Shown here piece after piece: positions 1 through 10,456 of a DNA stretch of 59,695 nucleotides (positions within the stretch are counted from its first letter, which is position 1; each line of letters begins with the position of its first letter). Both the position numbers and the translations under genes were made by a program. The stretch covers positions 1-59,695 of the forward strand of contig NEEC01000037.1 in the NCBI GenBank assembly GCA_002189035.1, in the 5' to 3' direction. The notes below the pieces were generated by a model, which saw nothing but the letters and a program-made list of their open reading frames with translations, did no database searches and was not told where the DNA came from. This DNA comes from Utricularia gibba. Taxonomy: Eukaryota; Plantae; Magnoliophyta.

Positions 1-753
1 TTGTCTTCAGACCGGAATGTCCTTCTTCGAGGTTCACTTCATTGTGGTGCACTCGGGTTGTTCCGCTTGTATTTCCTCACGAGAGGAGATACGTTTGTGT
101 CCTCCTTCACTTCATGGAAAGATGTGGGAGCACGCAGCAGATTATGGAGATTTGAAACAGAACACACATCACGAGGCAACCTAACGACGCAGCAACCAGC
201 CCGACCTCGGTCTACCTGGAGCACCATCAATGAGCATGGCGTTGGAAGTGGCATACTCTACATGCAAAACGTAACCACCACCTCCTCTGACGTATGCTCG
301 GTTCTCCTTGTAGGTGGAGTGGATGGTGGTCCCGATGACGCGCCTCCTACATGCACCTCGAACCACGCAGGTAATGCAAGCACACGCAACATCATGCGTC
401 TTCACTCCACAGCAGGAGGCTCCATGCATGTTTCTAACAGCATCGATCATTCGCTCCCCTTCATTTCGAGCTTCACGAGATGGCTGGAATACCATCGAAA
501 CCCTGCATATCTTTCCTGGAGCACCCGCCCAAGTGCGACAAAGCTCCTATTTTCTTAGGACATCCGCGTCATGGCCATTCTTCGTCTCAACTTGTTTTCC
601 CAGAGTGGGCTCGAAGGCGACGATCCGTTAACATGCAGCAAAGGAAGCCAACACTCGCCAACAGAAGGTCACGCTTTGCGGAAACCATGCTCTCTAAAAG
701 GCATTGCATAACAATCCGAACGAGCTCACCAGCAGGAACTCAGGGAACGTGAG

Positions 754-822
754 TTGGGACATGATGAAAGGGAAGTATGAGGCGAATTCGCATTCCAATG
801 TTATCACTATTTGCGATCCCAA
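754..822 (+). ncRNA. Candidate k-turn / box C/D-like small RNA (non-canonical box D)
   Basis: TTGGGA (754-759), C, ATGATGA (761-767, exact box C), then GCGA (813-816) and TCCCAA (817-822). This gives a 6-bp terminal stem, a 3-nt bulge and tandem G.A pairs in k-turn register. Box D is GCGA, not CTGA. Confidence 0.2.
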
Positions 823-1185
823 AATTGAATGCAAAAGTTCGTAGCAGAGAGGCTGCAAAAAACTACAGAAATCGGTTCTCGAAGGCCGTACCAGCATTCC
901 AACATGAGGGGCACACGCAAAGGGATCCTTGGAGCAACAAACGGTGGTACGCATACGCGACCAGGGTTGCGCCCAAAGTCATCGATCCTGGATCGCGGCG
1001 TTGTGAACGTCGTTTTCACAATCGTGTAGCTGTGTAGAACCATTCAAGCTGTAGAATGCAAGGTGCGCCTACATGTCCGGTGGTTCGAAGGAGCGTTCAT
1101 CCGCATGAGGTTTCTGCGAGTCCAAGGGTTGGAATGCAGTCAATTAGCCATGGGAGTAAGAAAAAAAGACGAACAAGTCGAGAAA

Positions 1186-1234
1186 CCCTCCAAAAGGGCG
1201 CGGTGTCTAGAACACCTCCTTTGAGAATGGAGGG
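1186..1234. other. Compound imperfect hairpin (about 18 bp)
   Basis: Arms CCCTCCA/TGGAGGG, AAAGGG/TCCTTT (one G.U) and GGTGT/ACACC around the loop CTAGA, read directly from the sequence. Confidence 0.7.
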
Positions 1235-1393
1235 CGGATGGAACTTGCTCCACATGCCGCGAATGGAGATATGCATACGAAAAAACACCAACATCGGGTC
1301 ACCGACGTCGTTGCCAAGGAACTCTCTACAAGCACCGTGTGACGACCTCCTTTGCAGCTATTGGATCCCCCTGCGGAGTGTCTCCGTACCTCG

Positions 1394-1424
1394 AAAAAAC
1401 GAGCTTTCTACGGTAGCTCGTTTT
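1394..1424 (-). terminator. Perfect 10-bp inverted repeat with intrinsic-terminator-like geometry; function unproven
   Basis: AAAACGAGCT (1396-1405), 9-nt loop TTCTACGGT, AGCTCGTTTT (1415-1424). The GC core is followed by T6 on the minus strand and T4 on the plus strand. The hairpin is certain; the terminator role is only plausible if the host is prokaryotic. Confidence 0.3.
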
Positions 1425-1745
1425 CAGGAGCGCATGGCTCTTGAAACTCAGCACATGGATTCGCAATGATGGCAAGGGAGAGCACGTCCAATGGCGTAGT
1501 TACCGCGCCGCAATCGCATTCGAGGAGAAAAGAAGTTGTTTGGAAAAGAATTGGGCATCAAGGAAGACCGTTCAAATAGGCTCACGAAATTTGGAATTGG
1601 AGCAGCAGTACGTGTGACTTGTGTTGCTCCACCATTATGTGCGTCGATGGGTGTAGCGTGTTTGCGCAGTTTCACAAGGATACAGGGTGGCGAACAGTAG
1701 TTTGCAATAAGCATGAAGCGGGGGTACCGCTTGTGCACAAAAAGC

Positions 1746-1768
1746 TATAAAAGCTGTCCTTGTATAAT
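1746..1768 (+). promoter_or_regulatory. TATA-like elements TATAAAA (1746-1752) and TATAAT (1763-1768)
   Basis: These are the only two TATA tetramers I counted in the unit, 17 bp apart, within AAAAGCTATAAAAGCT. Motif match only. Confidence 0.25.
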
Positions 1769-1977
1769 TTCCCATGGGTATGAACCAGGTGCCGGGTTCA
1801 CACGCAAGCCTTCAGGTGAATCTACGTGACGATATTCATTCCAAGCTCCGTCGGATAGTGCCACCCTCGATAGCCAGCATATCAATGCTATCTTGACAGG
1901 CTGCTGACGGGAATCGACAGTCCCCGAGCTCACTTTTTGCTACATGGATTTAAAGAAGTTGAGTAGCTTATGTTTGT

Positions 1978-2649
1978 ATGCAGAACACGAGAAGTCCCCA
2001 TCCGTCGCAGAAAAGGGGCGTGGATAGATGTGAGTGTTGCCACTCCCTTCTCTATGACCTTAAAATCGTGTATTTGTGTGCTTCTTGCGGTTTGTCTTCA
2101 GACCGGAATGTCCTTCTTCGAGGTTCACTTCATTGTGGTGCACTCGGGTTGTTCCGCTTGTATTTCCTCACGAGAGGAGATACGTTTGTGTCCTCCTTCA
2201 CTTCATGGAAAGATGTGGGAGCACGCAGCAGATTATGGAGATTTGAAACAGAACACACATCACGAGGCAACCTAACGACGCAGCAACCAGCCCGACCTCG
2301 GTCTACCTGGAGCACCATCAATGAGCATGGCGTTGGAAGTGGCATACTCTACATGCAAAACGTAACCACCACCTCCTCTGACGTATGCTCGGTTCTCCTT
2401 GTAGGTGGAGTGGATGGTGGTCCCGATGACGCGCCTCCTACATGCACCTCGAACCACGCAGGTAATGCAAGCACACGCAACATCATGCGTCTTCACTCCA
2501 CAGCAGGAGGCTCCATGCATGTTTCTAACAGCATCGATCATTCGCTCCCCTTCATTTCGAGCTTCACGAGATGGCTGGAATACCATCGAAACCCTGCATA
2601 TCTTTCCTGGAGCACCCGCCCAAGTGCGACAAAGCTCCTATTTTCTTAG
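1978..2649 (+). CDS. Hypothetical 223-aa ORF, the longest in the unit, repeated once per copy; N-terminal CxxC-x12-CxxCG; coding status doubtful
   Basis: Longest ORF of the unit, identical in 26 occurrences (1978 to 54269), frameshifted at 56360 and 5'-truncated at 58394. Motif C18-E-C-C21-x12-C34-A-S-C37-G. The remainder is S/T/R/H-rich with no family I recognise, and the start context is weak. Confidence 0.2.
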   Translation: MQNTRSPHPSQKRGVDRCECCHSLLYDLKIVYLCASCGLSSDRNVLLRGSLHCGALGLFRLYFLTRGDTFVSSFTSWKDVGARSRLWRFETEHTSRGNLTTQQPARPRSTWSTINEHGVGSGILYMQNVTTTSSDVCSVLLVGGVDGGPDDAPPTCTSNHAGNASTRNIMRLHSTAGGSMHVSNSIDHSLPFISSFTRWLEYHRNPAYLSWSTRPSATKLLFS

Positions 2650-5600
2650 GACATCCGCGTCATGGCCATTCTTCGTCTCAACTTGTTTTCCCAGAGTGGG
2701 CTCGAAGGCGACGATCCGTTAACATGCAGCAAAGGAAGCCAACACTCGCCAACAGAAGGTCACGCTTTGCGGAAACCATGCTCTCTAAAAGGCATTGCAT
2801 AACAATCCGAACGAGCTCACCAGCAGGAACTCAGGGAACGTGAGTTGGGACATGATGAAAGGGAAGTATGAGGCGAATTCGCATTCCAATGTTATCACTA
2901 TTTGCGATCCCAAAATTGAATCCAAAAGTTCGTAGCAGAGAGGCTGCAAAAAACTACAGAAATCGGTTCTCGAAGGCCGTACCAGCATTCCAACATGAGG
3001 GGCACACGCAAAGGGATCCTTGGAGCAACAAACGGTGGTACGCATACGCGACCAGGGTTGCGCCCAAAGTCATCGATCCTGGATCGCGGCGTTGTGAACG
3101 TCGTTTTCACAATCGTGTAGCTGTGTAGAACCATTCAAGCTGTAGAATGCAAGGTGCGCCTACATGTCCGGTGGTTCGAAGGAGCGTTCATCGCATGAGG
3201 TTTCTGCGAGTCCAAGGGTTGGAATGCAGTCAATTAGCCATGGGAGTAAGAAAAAAAGACGAACAAGTCGAGAAACCCTCCAAAAGGGCGCGGTGTCTAG
3301 AACACCTCCTTTGAGAATGGAGGGCGGATGGAACTTGCTCCACATGCCGCGAATGGAGATATGCATACGAAAAAACACCAACATCGGGTCACCGACGTCG
3401 TTGCCAAGGAACTCTCTACAAGCACCGTGTGACGACCTCCTTTGCAGCTATTGGATCCCCCTGCGGAGTGTCTCCGTACCTCGAAAAAACGAGCTTTCTA
3501 CGGTAGCTCGTTTTCAGGAGCGCATGGCTCTTGAAACTCAGCACATGGATTCGCAATGATGGCAAGGGAGAGCACGTCCAATGGCGTAGTTACCGCGCCG
3601 CAATCGCATTCGAGGAGAAAAGAAGTTGTTTGGAAAAGAATTGGGCATCAAGGAAGACCGTTCAAATAGGCTCACGAAATTTGGAATTGGAGCAGCAGTA
3701 CGTGTGACTTGTGTTGCTCCACCATTATGTGCGTCGATGGGTGTAGCGTGTTTGCGCAGTTTCACAAGGATACAGGGTGGCGAACAGTAGTTTGCAATAA
3801 GCATGAAGCGGGGGGTACCGCTTGTGCACAAAAAGCTATAAAAGCTGTCCTTGTATAATTTCCCATGGGTATGAACCAGGTGCCGGGTTCACACGCAAGC
3901 CTTCAGGTGAATCTACGTGACGATATTCATTCCAAGCTCCGTCGGATAGTGCCACCCTCGATAGCCAGCATATCAATGCTATCTTGACAGGCTGCTGACG
4001 GGAATCGACAGTCCCCGAGCTCACTTTTTGCTACATGGATTTAAAGAAGTTGAGTAGCTTATGTTTGTATGCAGAACACGAGAAGTCCCCATCCGTCGCA
4101 GAAAAGGGGCGTGGATAGATGTGAGTGTTGCCACTCCCTTCTCTATGACCTTAAAATCGTGTATTTGTGTGCTTCTTGCGGTTTGTCTTCAGACCGGAAT
4201 GTCCTTCTTCGAGGTTCACTTCATTGTGGTGCACTCGGGTTGTTCCGCTTGTATTTCCTCACGAGAGGAGATACGTTTGTGTCCTCCTTCACTTCATGGA
4301 AAGATGTGGGAGCACGCAGCAGATTATGGAGATTTGAAACAGAACACACATCACGAGGCAACCTAACGACGCAGCAACCAGCCCGACCTCGGTCTACCTG
4401 GAGCACCATCAATGAGCATGGCGTTGGAAGTGGCATACTCTACATGCAAAACGTAACCACCACCTCCTCTGACGTATGCTCGGTTCTCCTTGTAGGTGGA
4501 GTGGATGGTGGTCCCGATGACGCGCCTCCTACATGCACCTCGAACCACGCAGGTAATGCAAGCACACGCAACATCATGCGTCTTCACTCCACAGCAGGAG
4601 GCTCCATGCATGTTTCTAACAGCATCGATCATTCGCTCCCCTTCATTTCGAGCTTCACGAGATGGCTGGAATACCATCGAAACCCTGCATATCTTTCCTG
4701 GAGCACCCGCCCAAGTGCGACAAAGCTCCTATTTTCTTAGGACATCCGCGTCATGGCCATTCTTCGTCTCAACTTGTTTTCCCAGAGTGGGCTCGAAGGC
4801 GACGATCCGTTAACATGCAGCAAAGGAAGCCAACACTCGCCAACAGAAGGTCACGCTTTGCGGAAACCATGCTCTCTAAAAGGCATTGCATAACAATCCG
4901 AACGAGCTCACCAGCAGGAACTCAGGGAACGTGAGTTGGGACATGATGAAAGGGAAGTATGAGGCGAATTCGCATTCCAATGTTATCACTATTTGCGATC
5001 CCAAAATTGAATCCAAAAGTTCGTAGCAGAGAGGCTGCAAAAAACTACAGAAATCGGTTCTCGAAGGCCGTACCAGCATTCCAACATGAGGGGCACACGC
5101 AAAGGGATCCTTGGAGCAACAAACGGTGGTACGCATACGCGACCAGGGTTGCGCCCAAAGTCATCGATCCTGGATCGCGGCGTTGTGAACGTCGTTTTCA
5201 CAATCGTGTAGCTGTGTAGAACCATTCAAGCTGTAGAATGCAAGGTGCGCCTACATGTCCGGTGGTTCGAAGGAGCGTTCATCCGCATGAGGTTTCTGCG
5301 AGTCCAAGGGTTGGAATGCAGTCAATTAGCCATGGGAGTAAGAAAAAAAGACGAACAAGTCGAGAAACCCTCCAAAAGGGCGCGGTGTCTAGAACACCTC
5401 CTTTGAGAATGGAGGGCGGATGGAACTTGCTCCACATGCCGCGAATGGAGATATGCATACGAAAAAACACCAACATCGGGTCACCGACGTCGTTGCCAAG
5501 GAACTCTCTACAAGCACCGTGTGACGACCTCCTTTGCAGCTATTGGATCCCCCTGCGGAGTGTCTCCGTACCTCGAAAAAACGAGCTTTCTACGGTAGCT

Positions 5601-8600
5601 CGTTTTCAGGAGCGCATGGCTCTTGAAACTCAGCACATGGATTCGCAATGATGGCAAGGGAGAGCACGTCCAATGGCGTAGTTACCGCGCCGCAATCGCA
5701 TTCGAGGAGAAAAGAAGTTGTTTGGAAAAGAATTGGGCATCAAGGAAGACCGTTCAAATAGGCTCACGAAATTTGGAATTGGAGCAGCAGTACGTGTGAC
5801 TTGTGTTGCTCCACCATTATGTGCGTCGATGGGTGTAGCGTGTTTGCGCAGTTTCACAAGGATACAGGGTGGCGAACAGTAGTTTGCAATAAGCATGAAG
5901 CGGGGGGTACCGCTTGTGCACAAAAAGCTATAAAAGCTGTCCTTGTATAATTTCCCATGGGTATGAACCAGGTGCCGGGTTCACACGCAAGCCTTCAGGT
6001 GAATCTACGTGACGATATTCATTCCAAGCTCCGTCGGATAGTGCCACCCTCGATAGCCAGCATATCAATGCTATCTTGACAGGCTGCTGACGGGAATCGA
6101 CAGTCCCCGAGCTCACTTTTTGCTACATGGATTTAAAGAAGTTGAGTAGCTTATGTTTGTATGCAGAACACGAGAAGTCCCCATCCGTCGCAGAAAAGGG
6201 GCGTGGATAGATGTGAGTGTTGCCACTCCCTTCTCTATGACCTTAAAATCGTGTATTTGTGTGCTTCTTGCGGTTTGTCTTCAGACCGGAATGTCCTTCT
6301 TCGAGGTTCACTTCATTGTGGTGCACTCGGGTTGTTCCGCTTGTATTTCCTCACGAGAGGAGATACGTTTGTGTCCTCCTTCACTTCATGGAAAGATGTG
6401 GGAGCACGCAGCAGATTATGGAGATTTGAAACAGAACACACATCACGAGGCAACCTAACGACGCAGCAACCAGCCCGACCTCGGTCTACCTGGAGCACCA
6501 TCAATGAGCATGGCGTTGGAAGTGGCATACTCTACATGCAAAACGTAACCACCACCTCCTCTGACGTATGCTCGGTTCTCCTTGTAGGTGGAGTGGATGG
6601 TGGTCCCGATGACGCGCCTCCTACATGCACCTCGAACCACGCAGGTAATGCAAGCACACGCAACATCATGCGTCTTCACTCCACAGCAGGAGGCTCCATG
6701 CATGTTTCTAACAGCATCGATCATTCGCTCCCCTTCATTTCGAGCTTCACGAGATGGCTGGAATACCATCGAAACCCTGCATATCTTTCCTGGAGCACCC
6801 GCCCAAGTGCGACAAAGCTCCTATTTTCTTAGGACATCCGCGTCATGGCCATTCTTCGTCTCAACTTGTTTTCCCAGAGTGGGCTCGAAGGCGACGATCC
6901 GTTAACATGCAGCAAAGGAAGCCAACACTCGCCAACAGAAGGTCACGCTTTGCGGAAACCATGCTCTCTAAAAGGCATTGCATAACAATCCGAACGAGCT
7001 CACCAGCAGGAACTCAGGGAACGTGAGTTGGGACATGATGAAAGGGAAGTATGAGGCGAATTCGCATTCCAATGTTATCACTATTTGCGATCCCAAAATT
7101 GAATCCAAAAGTTCGTAGCAGAGAGGCTGCAAAAAACTACAGAAATCGGTTCTCGAAGGCCGTACCAGCATTCCAACATGAGGGGCACACGCAAAGGGAT
7201 CCTTGGAGCAACAAACGGTGGTACGCATACGCGACCAGGGTTGCGCCCAAAGTCATCGATCCTGGATCGCGGCGTTGTGAACGTCGTTTTCACAATCGTG
7301 TAGCTGTGTAGAACCATTCAAGCTGTAGAATGCAAGGTGCGCCTACATGTCCGGTGGTTCGAAGGAGCGTTCATCGCATGAGGTTTCTGCGAGTCCAAGG
7401 GTTGGAATGCAGTCAATTAGCCATGGGAGTAAGAAAAAAAGACGAACAAGTCGAGAAACCCTCCAAAAGGGCGCGGTGTCTAGAACACCTCCTTTGAGAA
7501 TGGAGGGCGGATGGAACTTGCTCCACATGCCGCGAATGGAGATATGCATACGAAAAAACACCAACATCGGGTCACCGACGTCGTTGCCAAGGAACTCTCT
7601 ACAAGCACCGTGTGACGACCTCCTTTGCAGCTATTGGATCCCCCTGCGGAGTGTCTCCGTACCTCGAAAAAACGAGCTTTCTACGGTAGCTCGTTTTCAG
7701 GAGCGCATGGCTCTTGAAACTCAGCACATGGATTCGCAATGATGGCAAGGGAGAGCACGTCCAATGGCGTAGTTACCGCGCCGCAATCGCATTCGAGGAG
7801 AAAAGAAGTTGTTTGGAAAAGAATTGGGCATCAAGGAAGACCGTTCAAATAGGCTCACGAAATTTGGAATTGGAGCAGCAGTACGTGTGACTTGTGTTGC
7901 TCCACCATTATGTGCGTCGATGGGTGTAGCGTGTTTGCGCAGTTTCACAAGGATACAGGGTGGCGAACAGTAGTTTGCAATAAGCATGAAGCGGGGGGTA
8001 CCGCTTGTGCACAAAAAGCTATAAAAGCTGTCCTTGTATAATTTCCCATGGGTATGAACCAGGTGCCGGGTTCACACGCAAGCCTTCAGGTGAATCTACG
8101 TGACGATATTCATTCCAAGCTCCGTCGGATAGTGCCACCCTCGATAGCCAGCATATCAATGCTATCTTGACAGGCTGCTGACGGGAATCGACAGTCCCCG
8201 AGCTCACTTTTTGCTACATGGATTTAAAGAAGTTGAGTAGCTTATGTTTGTATGCAGAACACGAGAAGTCCCCATCCGTCGCAGAAAAGGGGCGTGGATA
8301 GATGTGAGTGTTGCCACTCCCTTCTCTATGACCTTAAAATCGTGTATTTGTGTGCTTCTTGCGGTTTGTCTTCAGACCGGAATGTCCTTCTTCGAGGTTC
8401 ACTTCATTGTGGTGCACTCGGGTTGTTCCGCTTGTATTTCCTCACGAGAGGAGATACGTTTGTGTCCTCCTTCACTTCATGGAAAGATGTGGGAGCACGC
8501 AGCAGATTATGGAGATTTGAAACAGAACACACATCACGAGGCAACCTAACGACGCAGCAACCAGCCCGACCTCGGTCTACCTGGAGCACCATCAATGAGC

Positions 8601-10456
8601 ATGGCGTTGGAAGTGGCATACTCTACATGCAAAACGTAACCACCACCTCCTCTGACGTATGCTCGGTTCTCCTTGTAGGTGGAGTGGATGGTGGTCCCGA
8701 TGACGCGCCTCCTACATGCACCTCGAACCACGCAGGTAATGCAAGCACACGCAACATCATGCGTCTTCACTCCACAGCAGGAGGCTCCATGCATGTTTCT
8801 AACAGCATCGATCATTCGCTCCCCTTCATTTCGAGCTTCACGAGATGGCTGGAATACCATCGAAACCCTGCATATCTTTCCTGGAGCACCCGCCCAAGTG
8901 CGACAAAGCTCCTATTTTCTTAGGACATCCGCGTCATGGCCATTCTTCGTCTCAACTTGTTTTCCCAGAGTGGGCTCGAAGGCGACGATCCGTTAACATG
9001 CAGCAAAGGAAGCCAACACTCGCCAACAGAAGGTCACGCTTTGCGGAAACCATGCTCTCTAAAAGGCATTGCATAACAATCCGAACGAGCTCACCAGCAG
9101 GAACTCAGGGAACGTGAGTTGGGACATGATGAAAGGGAAGTATGAGGCGAATTCGCATTCCAATGTTATCACTATTTGCGATCCCAAAATTGAATCCAAA
9201 AGTTCGTAGCAGAGAGGCTGCAAAAAACTACAGAAATCGGTTCTCGAAGGCCGTACCAGCATTCCAACATGAGGGGCACACGCAAAGGGATCCTTGGAGC
9301 AACAAACGGTGGTACGCATACGCGACCAGGGTTGCGCCCAAAGTCATCGATCCTGGATCGCGGCGTTGTGAACGTCGTTTTCACAATCGTGTAGCTGTGT
9401 AGAACCATTCAAGCTGTAGAATGCAAGGTGCGCCTACATGTCCGGTGGTTCGAAGGAGCGTTCATCGCATGAGGTTTCTGCGAGTCCAAGGGTTGGAATG
9501 CAGTCAATTAGCCATGGGAGTAAGAAAAAAAGACGAACAAGTCGAGAAACCCTCCAAAAGGGCGCGGTGTCTAGAACACCTCCTTTGAGAATGGAGGGCG
9601 GATGGAACTTGCTCCACATGCCGCGAATGGAGATATGCATACGAAAAAACACCAACATCGGGTCACCGACGTCGTTGCCAAGGAACTCTCTACAAGCACC
9701 GTGTGACGACCTCCTTTGCAGCTATTGGATCCCCCTGCGGAGTGTCTCCGTACCTCGAAAAAACGAGCTTTCTACGGTAGCTCGTTTTCAGGAGCGCATG
9801 GCTCTTGAAACTCAGCACATGGATTCGCAATGATGGCAAGGGAGAGCACGTCCAATGGCGTAGTTACCGCGCCGCAATCGCATTCGAGGAGAAAAGAAGT
9901 TGTTTGGAAAAGAATTGGGCATCAAGGAAGACCGTTCAAATAGGCTCACGAAATTTGGAATTGGAGCAGCAGTACGTGTGACTTGTGTTGCTCCACCATT
10001 ATGTGCGTCGATGGGTGTAGCGTGTTTGCGCAGTTTCACAAGGATACAGGGTGGCGAACAGTAGTTTGCAATAAGCATGAAGCGGGGGGTACCGCTTGTG
10101 CACAAAAAGCTATAAAAGCTGTCCTTGTATAATTTCCCATGGGTATGAACCAGGTGCCGGGTTCACACGCAAGCCTTCAGGTGAATCTACGTGACGATAT
10201 TCATTCCAAGCTCCGTCGGATAGTGCCACCCTCGATAGCCAGCATATCAATGCTATCTTGACAGGCTGCTGACGGGAATCGACAGTCCCCGAGCTCACTT
10301 TTTGCTACATGGATTTAAAGAAGTTGAGTAGCTTATGTTTGTATGCAGAACACGAGAAGTCCCCATCCGTCGCAGAAAAGGGGCGTGGATAGATGTGAGT
10401 GTTGCCACTCCCTTCTCTATGACCTTAAAATCGTGTATTTGTGTGCTTCTTGCGGT

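Noticed and set aside
4-10. Minus-strand CTGAAGA matching the hammerhead CUGAnGA core
   Set aside because: There is no stem II and no downstream GAAA. I also saw no rod-like self-complementarity as in viroid-like circles; the 10-bp match between 930-939 and 1622-1631 is at chance level and does not extend cleanly.
290-345. 5S rRNA C-box-like TGGATGG
   Set aside because: No A box, no terminal helix, and no 120-nt 5S fold on either strand.
782-791. Perfect palindrome GCGAATTCGC
   Set aside because: About two 10-bp palindromes are expected by chance in 2.1 kb.
854-900. Minus-strand GAACCGATTTCTGTAGTTTTTTG resembling the euglenozoan spliced-leader 3' end; CGGCCTT...TGTAGT resembling the U2 5' end
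   Set aside because: The SL-like stretch is not followed by the GT donor and lacks the AACTAAC-type 5' end. The U2 stem I and the full branch-pairing sequence GTGTAGTA are absent.
971-1100. TGTAGCTGTGTAG and TTCA resembling tRNA-Sec; GGTTCGAA resembling a B box
   Set aside because: No anticodon stem, variable-arm hairpin or acceptor stem can be formed, and GGTTCGAAGG lacks the terminal CC of a B box and T arm.
1889-1898. TATCTTGACA resembling the pC194/phiX174-family nick site (CTTGATA), and TTGACA as a -35 box
   Set aside because: It mismatches right after the nick position (ACA instead of ATA), there is no cognate Rep, and there is no -10 box at 16-18 nt. An 8-mer match is weak.
1915-2022. 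AGTCCCCG and GGGGC resembling RNase MRP CR-I and CR-V (P4)
   Set aside because: CR-I lacks GAAAG, CR-V lacks GGGGCUYA, the spacing is too short, and a T5 run intervenes.
2011-2022. AGGGGCGT resembling kinetoplast minicircle CSB-1
   Set aside because: No CSB-2 or CSB-3 (GGGGTTGGTGTA) follows at the expected spacing.
1-2091. Circovirus, genomovirus, anellovirus or rolling-circle plasmid genome (the size fits)
   Set aside because: No Rep motifs (RCR I-III, Walker A), no Arg-rich capsid or ORF1 N-terminus, no ORF above 223 aa, and no NANTATTAC in a stem-loop. TAGTTAC near 1496-1503 has only a 4-bp stem.
1-2091. Tandem LTR/TRIM or Helitron unit
   Set aside because: No primer-binding site complementary to a tRNA 3' end, no convincing TG...CA termini with a polypurine tract, and no hairpin-then-CTRR|T end.
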